Below are positions 47,750 through 59,557 of a DNA stretch of 63,146 bases, one piece after another. The translations under genes and the position numbers were made by a program. The stretch lies in NCBI GenBank assembly GCA_048128005.1, contig JBEUKZ010000107.1, positions 558,001 through 621,146 on the forward strand, in the 5' to 3' direction. This stretch comes from Veleropilina oligotropha. Taxonomy: Eukaryota. The notes beneath the pieces are model-generated. The model saw nothing but the letters and a program-made list of their open reading frames with translations, was not told where the DNA came from and made no database searches. How positions within the stretch are numbered: the first letter of the stretch is position 1; each line of letters starts with the position of its first letter.

Positions 47750-49151
47750 TTAAATCACAGTTGTGACGTCATCTATTGTTCTTTGCGTCCATTATGTGGT
47801 ATAATGTCCTGCAGGCATGACGGAACTATCCATTATTACTTGGCAACTGTCCATTATTTCAACGAGGTGTCCATTATTTCAACGAGGTGTCCATTATTTC
47901 GACGAGGTGTCCATTATTACGATTAATATTGGACAGCGTAATAATGGACAGTGGCCAACTAAAATTAGACAATTATTTCGGATAATGATCTTTAAGGTAA
48001 CAACTGACTTTTACATGAGCTAAAACAACAACGAAAATGCATACAGTTTGCAGACGTTCAAATAAATATGACAATACAATATGTTTTACAATGCGATTTT
48101 ATCGATATATATTTATATATTTCGAAGAAATATTTCTTTATTATCACGAGTTGTTGGTATCGGTACCATTCTTTCTTTCAATCACGAATTTCATCTTGGA
48201 TATATCCTTTAATACTCCAAATACGACTGTAGTAACAGTAAATATCACATATATAATGTTGACGATGACGACGGCGATGAATATTTCGTATATCGTATAA
48301 CCTGATAACGTGTTTGGCCCGAAATTCTCTTTATGGTTTAAATTATAATCCATTACAGATATGGGACGCTGAAAAATACAGAAATAATATTAAAGAAAGA
48401 GCGAAAACAAGTATCCAAAATCAGTAAATGTCTTGTTTCACCAAGCAAAGTTTAGGTGGATAACAATTCCAGAAATGATTCTGACCGCCCGCAAGTCGGC
48501 CAGGTATAATTTCTAGATATAAATTAGTTCACCGTAAAAATCTGTTCTCGATCATTCATGCCAACCTTATGCAACTGTGTTTTTACATTTAATTTATGTG
48601 CAGAATACATAAACGTAATTAACGTTTGGATGATTCGTGCAGCTAAACACCAATATTATATTGCCAGTGAAAATTATACTCTAACATATAGTTTTGTCAG
48701 TTTTCAGCTGTTGATGATAGTCTAAAACAGTATACATAACATAAATGTCACCAATATTCAATACAAATTATAATTTGCTATTTTAAATATCTTACCTTTT
48801 GTAACTGAGACCGAAGGTTTACACCACTATGATATCCAAACAACTGTCGGTGAATGTTGACAACATTTAGAAATGAACATCCACGTGCAGCATGCTTTTT
48901 CAGTATTGTCAGAATTATCCTGCATGTTAGCCTAATTAGAATAACAAAGACTGTCTGCTGATGATTGTCCATTGATATGACAAATTAGGAAACAGAGACG
49001 TATCCAATATGAAGACAATAGGGAATCGGTCATTTAAGTCGGAGATACGCCTCAAAGTGTCCATTATGTCAGAAATAGACAGTTCTCGGCGCTAACGCGC
49101 CTCGAACTGTCTATTATCTGACATAATGGACACCTTTCGGCCTATCTCCTT
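47750..49151 (-). mobile_element. Hairpin-ended element (minus-strand apex CGAG-GCGC-GTTA-GCGC-CGAG)
   Basis: Arms about 49041-49149; arm motif GTCCATTAT is reiterated at about 47787-47950; the host repeat resumes after 49151. Confidence 0.75.
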
Positions 49152-49556
49152 CACGTATGAACTATCATGAGTTCGAATGTTGAATGAAAATATTTGTTTT
49201 AACTACATTTTTGGCGTTTTTGAACATAGTCTCTGGAGCTTCATTTCTGATCTCGTGCTATAAGAAACTCACTTAACTTTTTCGATGTTAATCAATAGCC
49301 ACCTTCTTAAAACTTCATAAGCTATTATACATAAGTATGAACTATCATGAATTCGAATGTTGAATGCAAATATTTATTTTTTACTACATGTTTTACGTTT
49401 TTGAACCTAGTCTCTGGAGCTTCATTTCTGATCTCGTGCTATAAGAAACGCACCTACCTTTTTCGATGTTAATCAATAGCCTTCTTCTTCAAAGTTCATA
49501 TGCTATTATATATAAGTATGAACTAGGATAAGTTCGAATATGGAATGAAAATACGT

Positions 49557-49985
49557 TTATCACATGACAAAGCTGTTATGGAACGGTAGTAGCCGTTCCA
49601 TAAATTTCGATAGGAAAAGACACGTTTCATAAGTATGCAAATGAGGGCGAGCATGACGCCATGTCGTTGCATCTGGCGCCAAGTTGATTAGGTGGCACGT
49701 GGTGTCGAGGCGTGATGCGTCTGAGGCAGGCCGTTTAATGACTGAAATTAACGACAGAAATGAGTTTAAAAACGTAAAGATATGAGCTAAAAACGTAATA
49801 AAATAAGTTTAAAGGTAAATAAAGTCATGAGATAAAGAAGATATCAAACTTGTTTCCATTTCATATGAGAATTATGAAACTCGTCAGCAACTTTTTGTAC
49901 CTCGCCAAGGCTTGGTACATAAATTGTGCCCGATTCGTTTCATAATTTTCATATGCAATGTACACTTGTTCGATATCCTCTATAT
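49557..49985 (-). mobile_element. Hairpin-ended element (minus-strand apex CAAG-CCTTGG-CGAG)
   Basis: About 60-bp imperfect arms 49836-49982; TTATCACATGAC at 49557 is inverted as GTCATGAGATAA at about 49824. Confidence 0.72.
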
Positions 49986-51517
49986 ATGTAATTTAGTAAT
50001 GAAACGGAATCAGTATCTTGAATTAACAAGGTTTCGCAAGTTTTGGGATGCCTTTGCAAATTCTTTGTGCACTTTTTCCAATTTACGGTCAGCAGAATGA
50101 TAGAAAAACGACATCATCGTTTCCTTTTATAATATTTGAGAACAGATACAGTGATGAAGCATCAAAGGCTTGAACATATATCGGGGGAATCTGCAGTGTC
50201 GGTAGACACATTTCTAGTTTGAACATGTCTCAGGAGCTTCATTTCTGATCTCATGCTATGAGAAACTCACCTATTTTTTTCGATGTTAATCAATAGCCAC
50301 CTTCTTCAACCTTCTTATGAATATTTAATGAAAATATGTATTTTTTACCACATCGTTCACACTTTTGGATATAGTCTCAGAGTCTGGGAGCATAATTTCT
50401 TATCTCGTACTATTGGAAACTCCCCTATATTTTTTTATGTTAATCAAGAGCCATCTCATTCAAACTTGATAAGCTATTATATATATGTATGAACTATCAT
50501 GAGTTCGAATATTGAATGAAAACATTTATTTTTTACCACATTTTTTTCGGTTTTGAACATAGTCTCTGGAGCTTCATTTCTGATCTCATGCTATATAAGA
50601 AACTCACCTATCTTTTTCGATGTTAATCAATAGCCAGTAGCCACCTTCTTCAAACTTCATATACTATTATATATAAGTATGAACTATCATGAGTTCGAAT
50701 ATTGAATGAAAATATATATATATATAATTAAGTAACGAAGCGGAATCGGCATCTTTAATTAACAAGGCTTCGCATGTTTTGGGATTCCTGCGCAAATGCT
50801 TAGTGCACTTTATACTTACGCTCAGCAGAATGATAGAAAACGATATCATCATTTTCCTTTTATAATATTTATGAACAGATATAAAGTGATGAAGCATCAA
50901 TGGCTTGAACATATACCGGGGGCATCTGCAGAGTCTATTCATTTCTAGTTTATAGTGTAATGACAATGAAAGATTCGCCGTCAAACTTTCCGCAAGCAGA
51001 CAATTCTAAGGAATACTAAAGGTAAACAGATTAACTGTTTAATATGAATGGCGCTCGTAAATGAGTCTAGCGGTGTCGTGACCGAGAGCGACCAATTCCT
51101 TGCATAATCGACACCGTCTTGCTGCATCCATAATAAATTAATTAGATAGGCAAATCGCGTGTTTCTTATCAAATTAACCGTTCACGGGAAGCGTGCTCAA
51201 ATTAGACCTAGATCTGCGTTGGTTTAATTTATAATCAATTTCAATCAACATACTTACGAAATCTTTGCTCAGGCTTTGCCAAAAAGTTAATAATTTATTG
51301 AATTTGTTCTATAAGACATGAAATATACAGTCTTTATCGTCTTTGGGAATAGATAATTAGGGGTGGACAGTTATCTATTACAACCCGTATATCCATGCAA
51401 GTTTGATGCCGTTGTAATTCGTGACAGGCCGCTTAAATTGTCGTATATGATCTCGAATGCGGACTTATTGGCTTGACTGCTCTGACTAACACGATCGAGT
51501 TCGTTGGAACTTCGGCT

Positions 51518-51848
51518 GGGGCAATGGCATCGTGGCTCAGTGGGTTGTTCAAAGGACTCTGGTCACAGAGTCTCGCGTTCGCCCCCAGAGCTCGGCGATT
51601 TCACTTGGGCAAGGAAATAAGCATATATTTGCCTCGGTCCACCCAGCCGATCTGAATGGGTACCTGGTTGGCAGTTATGTAAGTCACGGCGCTACCCGCG
51701 TGTAAATGACTGTAATGCTCCCAGAGGGAGTTGAGATGGCATAAGAGTGGAAGAGGCCAATAACCAGGGGTAATAATGTTCAGCGCATTGAGACACTAGC
51801 GTAATAAAGCGCTATATACGATCTGAGTATTATTATTATTGTTATTAT
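51518..51848 (+). mobile_element. tRNA-derived SINE with Nin/Deu-like core and L2-type tail
   Basis: A-box TGGCTCAGTGG; core TTGGGCAAG...GTCCACCCAGC...AATGGGTACC; tail AAGCGCTATATA plus (TAT)n. Confidence 0.78.
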
Positions 51849-53524
51849 CATTTGTCCAGCTACCGATTACCATTACCAATAACTGGACGGAGAGGGTGAG
51901 TTTTCCCGGGCAACCGATCAGTCCTATCGCGGTAATATGGACCTGTCATGGTTTGAACCCGAAGGTTGCAAATATACAACAAAGTAGGCCCCTAAGCACC
52001 GGTCCAATCATTTGTCGGATGTCACCTTAGTCGCACCAACATATGTTATAGGGGCACTGTATACATGGAATTCAAGGAAAATCACTGCAGTTAGATTTTC
52101 TCGAACGAGGCTGTGACTATTTATAGAACCTCTTTTCTAGCGTGCGATAGGCTCGCAACTTAATTGTCGTGTCAAGAAACATGACCAAGTCAACTTAGAA
52201 AAGCGTAAAATCATAACCGCACTGTGGGAACTACAAAAATGTGAGATGCGTTTTAGGGTATAAAGTGGCCCTTTAATTAAGTAGTGGACCACATGCAGGA
52301 TTCACTATCTCATTCTTATTCAAAATATCGATTTTTTACCGGACACCAGTTCAATCAATCTAAACGTAAGCTTAATGTCTAAATCCTATAAATTATAACA
52401 CGCATTACAATGATATGCTCATTAATGTAAATACCATGCATAGCATGGCTGTCAAGGATGTCCGAATACGTTTTCGACGAACCGATTAATGTCGTTGGCT
52501 AGTCTGTTGGGATCAACTGATTTACGCCCAAGTAGTCTTTTAATGAAAATCTAATTCCGCAAGCAAATGCGCTGCTTTGCTAATACAAATGTAAGATTAT
52601 TTAACGATGGTCGATAACATTTGCACAAGGGAATATGCGTGGGGAATAGCAACAGTGCTGAATTATTTTTCATGTTTAAGATGTCCTTGATAGCTCAACT
52701 AGTAAATGTTCAGAAAAAACGTTTAAGTGGCATTGTAGGATGAGGGTATGATGGTCACGCTCTTAAAACTAAAAAAGGATGGTTTAACAAACAGTTACCG
52801 GTTGGTCCGTGTGACACTTGACATTTCAGCTTTCCATCTTCATTATTCACTGACGGAAAGCTCGAAAGCACAACATTATTTCTAAATCATCACTTCCATG
52901 TACAGTTTTAAAGACGTAAAGCTCAACAGCTCGTCATCGTGTCCACCTTCTATCTTTTCAACTTTGGTTTGAAACATAAAAAGGACAAAGATGGTAACGG
53001 CTTCCAAGACTCCATTATGATATTTTTATCTAAAAATTTTTTAACCGCAGGCGCAATTTTCCGGGCTAGCACTTCATGTAAGACTCACGTGAAAAATATA
53101 ATAATGGTGTTACGGTCACGGAATTAGGGTCATTGTTTGTCAGCAGGGTTCGTTACCATTATTCGGGTTTGTAAAACATGGTTGGAAAGTTATAAGATGC
53201 AAACGATGACGTGGTTTTGAGCTTTCATGACGTCGGTTCTTCGAAAGTAGATGTTAAATTTTCTGCCGATAATCAAATGTACATAACAAGTATTTTGATA
53301 GCATTCATTAAGAATATATTCTACCTTCGAGAAAAATGGATATATCTTTTTGTAAGATCTTGGCCATATCTTTCAACAGTCCCAGACTGTTGGAACAGTG
53401 AACCGAATATATGGGTGGATGCCATCTTTTGTCATAGTACCTGTTTAACAATTTAAAAAAAAAATTCAGTCATTTTATGTTTAGTGGTACGACCCTCATT
53501 TTGCGTATTTCCAGTGAAGCCATT

Positions 53525-54183
53525 AGCCGGTGGTGTTAGAGACAACAATGTGTTACCATTACCCGGTGGTGTTATAAATAACAATGTGATACCGTTACCC
53601 GGTGGTGTTATATATAACAATGTGATACCATTACCCAGTGGTGTTATATATAACAATGTGATGCCATTACCCGGTGTTATAGATAACAATGTGATACCAT
53701 TACCCGGTGGTGTTATAGATAACAATGTGATACCATTACCCAGTGGTGTTATAGATAACAATGTGATACCATTACCCGGTGGTGTTATATATAACAATGT
53801 GATACCACTACCTTGTGGTGTTATAGATAACAATGTGATACCATTACCCGGTGGTGTTATAGATAACAATGTGATACCATTACCAGGTGGTGTTATATAA
53901 CAATATGATACCATTACCCGGTGGTGTTATATAACAATGTGATACCATTACCTGGTGGTGTTATAGATAACAATGTGATACCATTACCCGGTGGTGTTAT
54001 ATAACAATATGATACCATTACCCGGTGGTGTTATATAACAATGTGATACCATTACCCGGTGGTGTTATAGATAACAATGTGATATCATTACCCGGTGGTG
54101 TTATAGATAACAATGTGATACCATTACCCGGTGTTATAGATAACAATGTGATACCATTACCTGGTGGTGTTATGGATAACAAT
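53525..54183. repeat. 33-bp minisatellite, about 20 units
   Basis: GGTGGTGTTATAGATAACAATGTGATACCATTACCC-type unit. Confidence 0.95.
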
Positions 54184-54251
54184 CTTCCTAGAACTATGGC
54201 CCGAATTCATAAAGGTGTTTTAACTTTTACACGCAGGTAAAAATAATAATC

Positions 54252-55945
54252 ATGCGATCATCGTCTATTTACACTTAGTCTCCGATTCACGACATGGGAT
54301 TAGCACGCGATCATCGCCTATTACACTTAGTCACCGATTCACGACATGGGATTAGCATGCGATCATCACCTATTTACACTTAGTCTCCGATTCACGACAT
54401 GGGATTAGCACGCGATCATCGCCTATTACACTTAGTCACCGATTCACGACATGGGATTAGCACGCGATCTTCGCCTATTTACACTTAGTCTCTGATTCAC
54501 GACATGGGATTAGCACGCGATCATCGCCTATTACACTTAGTCTCCGATTCACGACATGGGATTAGCTTGCGATCATCGCCTATTACACTTAGTCTCCGAT
54601 TCACGACATGGGATTAGCACGCGATCATCGCCTATTACACTTCGTCTCCGATTCACGACATGGGATTAGCACGCGATCATCGCCTATTTACACTTAGTCT
54701 CCGATTCACGACATGGGATTAGAACGCGATCATCGCCTATTTACACTTAGTCTCCGATTCACGACATGGATTAGCACGCGATCATCGCCTATTTACACTT
54801 AGTCTCCGATTCATGACATGGGATTAGCACGCGATCATCGCCTATAACACTTAGTCTCCGATTCACGACATGGGATTAGCATGCGATCATCGCCTATTTA
54901 CACTTAGTCTCCGATTCACGACATGGGATTAGCACGCGATCATCGCCTATTTACACTTAGTCTCCGATTCACGACATGGGATTAGCATGCGATCATCGCC
55001 TATTTACAATTAGTTTCCGATTCACGACATGGGATTAGCATGCGATCATCGCTTATTTACACTTAGTCTCCGATTCATGACATGGGATTAGCACGCGATC
55101 ATCGCCTATTACACTTAGTCTCCGATTCACGACATGGGATTAGCACGCGATCATCGCCTATTACACTTAGTCTCCGATTCACGACATGGGATTAGCACGC
55201 GATCATCGCCTATTACACTTAGTCTCCGATTCATGAAATGTGATTAGCACGCGATCATCGCCTATTTACGCTTAGTCTCTGATTCACGACATGGGATTAG
55301 CACGCGATCATCGCCTATTTACACTTCGTCTCCAATTCACGACATGGGATTAGCACACGATCATCGCCTATTACACTTAGTCTCCGATTCACGATATGGG
55401 ATTAGCACGCGATCATCGCCTATTACACTTAGTCTCCGATTCACGACATGGGATTAGCACGCGATCATCGCCTATTACACTTAGTCTCTGATTCATGAAA
55501 TGTGATTAGCACGCGATCATCGCCTATATACGCTTAGTCTCCGATTTACAACATGGGATTAGCACGCGATCATCGCCTATTTACACTTAGTCTCCGATTC
55601 ACGACATGGGATTAGCACACGATCATCGCCTATTTACACTTAGTCACCGACTCATGAAATGTGATTAGCACGCGATCATCGCCTATTTACGCTTAGTCTC
55701 TGATTCACGACATGGGATTAGCATGCGATCATCGCCTATTTACACTTAGTCTCCGATTCACGACATGGGATTAGCACGCGATCATCGCCTATTCACACTT
55801 AGTCTCCGATTCACGACATGTGATTAGCACGCGATCATCGCCTATTTACACTTAGTCTCCGATTCACGACATGTGATTAGCGCACGATCATCGCCTATTT
55901 ACACTTAGTCTCCGATTCACGACATGGGATTAGCTGCGCACGATC
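54252..55945. repeat. 48/49-bp tandem array, about 34 units, in the Harbinger left subterminal region
   Basis: CGCGATCATCGCCTATT(T)ACACTTAGTCTCCGATTCACGACATGGGATTAGCA repeated. Confidence 0.95.
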
Positions 55946-56029
55946 AAATTTTAGCCGTCGGCGATCAAATAACAAAAGAAGGTTTAATCGCCAGTGAGGG
56001 GGTTGTTTATGTGTCCGACTAAATCATTC

Positions 56030-56370
56030 ATATGGATTTGCAGGATCTCAAAAGACTTGTTTCTTTGGGTATTCTCTTTGAAGATGATCTGCTGCCAAAA
56101 ATGAGGAGAAATCATTACCTTATACGACTTGAGCAGTTGTCAGTTACACTGCATTTTTATGCGATAGCATCGTTTGACATTGGATATTGTGGACATGTGT
56201 GGAGTTTTCCAACCAACCTGTTGCAAGGTTGTTCTTCGTGTCACTATAGCAATTTGTGCAAGACGTTTATATTCCTGACACCCCACAAGAGCGAGGCGTT
56301 GTTTGGGGGGTTTCTACGAGATTATACCATTTCCTGGCATCGTCGGCACTATTGGTTGATTCCATGTAGC
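56030..56370 (+). pseudogene. Harbinger (HARBI1-like) transposase N-terminal remnant
   Basis: EQLSVTLHFYAIASF, DMCGVFQPTCCKVVLRVTIAI and GFYEIIPFPGIVGTIG resemble the LRFYATGSF, VSQPTV.R.V and GFP.V.GAIDGTH motifs. Confidence 0.75.
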
Positions 56371-56717
56371 AGTTGTAAGTCTTGGTGCCATATTTGCTTT
56401 AAGGTTTTTTGAACATGAAAGGATATTATGTCCTCAATTACCATTTTGTGTGTGTTCTCAGATAAATTCTTATGAATGTCGTTGAAAGATGGTATGGTTC
56501 AACACGTGACCATCTGGTGTTTGAAGAACAATTATTGCAGGTATTGCAGGGTAATACTTGTTTTCGAATATCGATTTTCTTCTCTCAAGCAAGCGCCTTT
56601 GCCTTCGTTTTCATCCTCTTCCATAACTCTCTTAAATTCTTGGCAGACGATTTTGGTCGCTGAAAATATTACCGACATTCGCTTTGATATAGCATCCCAT
56701 GCAGTCTGTTTTTTCTG

Positions 56718-56910
56718 TAGTTAGCTGGCGCGTCACTTCTCTATCTTCTGTAGTTATCTGGCGCGTCACTTCTCTATCTTCTGTTAGCTGGCGCGTCACG
56801 TCTCTATCTTCTGTTGTTAGCTGGCGCGTCACGTCTCTATCTTCTGTAGTTAGCTGGCGCGTCACTTCTCTATCTTCTGTTGTTAGCTGGCGCGTCACTT
56901 CTCTATCTTC
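56718..56910. repeat. 33-bp tandem repeat, about 6 units, inside the Myb remnant
   Basis: TTAGCTGGCGCGTCACTTCTCTATCTTCTGTAG units. Confidence 0.92.
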
Positions 56911-56929
56911 CACAACTTTCGTTTGCTAA

Positions 56930-58442
56930 GGGTGCTGGCCCCGAATCAGTTCCGTAAAATGCGATGTAACGTCATTTAATCTGACATTTTCTGTACCGGT
57001 ATGTATTCTTTGCATACCGTTATGATATTTTTGAGATTATTATATATATATAAAATAAAATTATAAGATTAGTAATAGACGATGTAAATAATAACAATAA
57101 TAATAATAATAATGAGAGATTTATATAGCGCAAGCTCAGGAAAAGGATTCTAGCATTTTGCGCTTTACAATGATGGAATCAGAACACCTAAACAAACAAT
57201 GATAAACAATATACATTTACAAGACATACATATTTTATAGCTGACTTGACACAATTAAGGAAAAAGTTGATAAATGCGAGATTTTCAGTTTATGAGAAAT
57301 GTTTCCGGAACAAGTGTGTTTTGAGAGATCTTTTGAAAGTTGCTTTGTCTTCGATGTAACGAATAACACCAGGAAGTGAGTTCCATTGGCTTAGAGCAGC
57401 AAATGAAAAACAACGTTCTCCGAGAGATTTCGTTTTCATGCCAGGAATGCAAAGAATACGAGTGTCTAAAGAAGAACGGAGAGACCTTGCTGGGGAATAC
57501 ACCGAGAGTAGATCTGACAGATATTGAGGTAGTGATTGATCGAAGTAAGCATGGCACAGAGTTGATAATTTATAATCTATTCTTGCCTGAACTGGAAGCC
57601 AGTGAAGAGAGTGGAGCAGGGGCATGACATTATCGTGCTTCCGAGCTTTTAGAATTAGTCTAGCGTCAGAGTTGTGAATCTTTTGAAGTTTTTCAATTAT
57701 GTACTTTGGACAATTAGCCAAGAGAGAATTGCAATAGTCCAGTTTAGAGAGAACAAATGCACATACAAATGTTTTAGTTGCTTCAGTTGATTAAATTAAA
57801 TAGATTAAATATAATTTGTTTGGGTTTAGAAAGCACATTACTGAAACTCATATAAAAACCCATTGAAGTTGTCTTGTCCTCTATAACCTGCCCTGCTTCT
57901 TAAAATGCTCATCTAGGCGATTTTTAAATTGGTTTATAGATGTTGAATCCACTACATTATTAGGAAGAGTATTCCATTCATCGACAACCCGATTTGAGAA
58001 AATGCGTTTTCTAACGTCAATTTGATAAAAAGTGCCGGATAGAACTCAGGCGACGAAGTTCGAGGAAAGCCGACTTACATATACTAGATACATGTTTAGC
58101 TAGGGAGAAATCGTCTGAGAACATGACGCCAAGATTTCTTACGGTTGTCGCAAAAATAGTGTCAGAATCGTCAACTTGAATGGACGCTGGAAATGGATCA
58201 GGAAGATGACATCGTTTTGTCTTAAATAATAGGGCATCTGTTTTCTCATTATTCAGTTCAAGTTTGTTTCGTGTCATCCACAATTTCACATCGCGTTTAA
58301 TTCAATATCGACATTTACAACATTTATTAAAATTTCTAAAATTTTATTTCAAGATATGATCATAACTTTCATGCAAAGATCACATACAAAAAGTGTCAGA
58401 TTAAATGTCCCATTTTACGGGACTGATTTTGGTTCAGCATCT
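56930..58442. mobile_element. Non-autonomous TIR element inserted in the Myb gene
   Basis: About 55-bp imperfect TIRs GGTGCTGG..AATCAGTTCCGTAAAATG..CATTTAATCTGACA; flanks TAA and TCA. Confidence 0.75.
57088..58295 (-). mobile_element. 5'-truncated L2-clade LINE with a nested CR1 3' fragment (about 57791-58020)
   Basis: LELNNEKT, VRNLGVMF, SKLDYCNSLL, LHSLHWLPV, FKRSLKTHLF and a (TAT)n tail. The nested piece reads FSNRVVDEWNTLP and is flanked by an ATCAA duplication. Confidence 0.85.
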
Positions 58443-59126
58443 TCAACTGCATCAATCAGGCCCATTCGCTGGTCGCACGAAATGTTGCCCCCTCTCTTCT
58501 CTCCCGACATTGTCTCCAAATACGAACTTTAGACACGTTCGAAGTGCACGTTCATCATAGTTGTGTATTTCATCTTTATGTAGAGCAACGAACAATGAAA
58601 CCACATTGCATTCAATTAGGAGTTACTCGCGGACGTCTAAGCGGACGATCATCTCCGCTTGTGAATTGCAGCTTAGACAATCATTTAGATGTCCGCGGAC
58701 AATATTGTTTTATCTACTGTGTAAAAGATAATCGGGTTTTAACTGTACGCGTGTTAAAATGCTTTTATGAATTCGGGTAGTGTTTGAACTGATACATGCA
58801 ACTCTCAACGTGTGCATGCAACTCTTGGCGCCAATAAGTATATGACTATATCCAATGCAAAGTAGTTACGATCCGAATGATTTATTCGTTGAGAAAAGCA
58901 CTTAACTCCACCATCAGCAGACTGGGTTACAGAGAGGTAGACGCCAACGATATCTGGGAACATTGATTAACAACACAGCATGATTATGCAGTATTACAAG
59001 TTGGACTCTCTGTTTGGTTTGTAAAAAGACCAAGATCTGGCGAATTAAGAAGTTCAATCGGTATGTTTAAGTCGATGCTTAGAACCTTAAAGTTCATTTG
59101 GTATCGAAATTATCACCGAAAGAAAG

Positions 59127-59557
59127 CCTGGTCAGCTCTGAATACGTTAATCCGCATCGGCCAGCTTACGGACCACTGACCTGGTCAGCTCTGAATACGT
59201 TAATCCGCATCGGCCAGCTTACGGACCACTGACTCTTAGTATACGATGTCTCGCATCGGCCAGCTTACGGACCACTGACCTGGTCAGCTCTGAATACGTT
59301 AATCCGCATCGGCCAGCTTACGGACCACTGACCTGGTCAGCTCTGAATACGTTAATCCGCATCGGCCAGCTTACGGACCACTGACTCTTAGTATACGATG
59401 TCTCGCATCGGCCAGCTTACGGACCACTGACCTGGTCAGCTCTGAATAGGTTAATCCGCATCGGCCAGCTTATGGACCACTGACCTGGTCAGCTCTGAAT
59501 ACGTTAATCCGCATCGGCCAGCTTATGGACCACTGACTCTTAGTATACGATGTCTCG
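59127..59557. repeat. Higher-order tandem repeat (53+53+46 bp) x about 3
   Basis: Constant 27-nt core CGCATCGGCCAGCTTA(C/T)GGACCACTGA alternating with two linker types in A-A-B order. Confidence 0.92.

Larger units (their letters stand above)
45729..50949 (+). mobile_element. HINE-like element(s) with about 170-190-bp repeats, repeated 3' termini and nested hairpin elements
   Basis: Head TATGCCCCGG..CGACTTTAGTCG; 3' ends ATA(C/T)CGGGGG...CTAGTT at about 46500, 50218 and 50949; related to 40875-42203. Confidence 0.78.
56560..58511 (-). pseudogene. Harbinger Myb/SANT-like DNA-binding protein remnant, split by an insertion
   Basis: MSGEKRGGNISCDQRMGLIDAVE [insertion] KVVEDR..SDAPANY..KKQTAWDAISKRM..SAKNLRELWKRMKTKAK across frameshifts. 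Confidence 0.7.
54198..58779. mobile_element. Decayed PIF/Harbinger transposon
   Basis: TIRs GGCCCGAATTCATAAAG..TTTTAAC vs TTAAAATGCTTTTATGAATTCGGG; contains transposase and Myb/SANT remnants in convergent orientation. Confidence 0.82.

Noticed and set aside
53453..54240. Repeat proteins (PPGNGITLLSIT / NNVIPLPGGVI)
   Set aside because: By-products of a 33-bp minisatellite; unit-length variants break the frame and no gene structure is evident.
54252..55945. CRISPR-like array
   Set aside because: Pure tandem repeat with no unique spacers.
59127..59557. CRISPR array
   Set aside because: The spacers are only two recurring sequences, there are no cas genes, and the context is eukaryotic.
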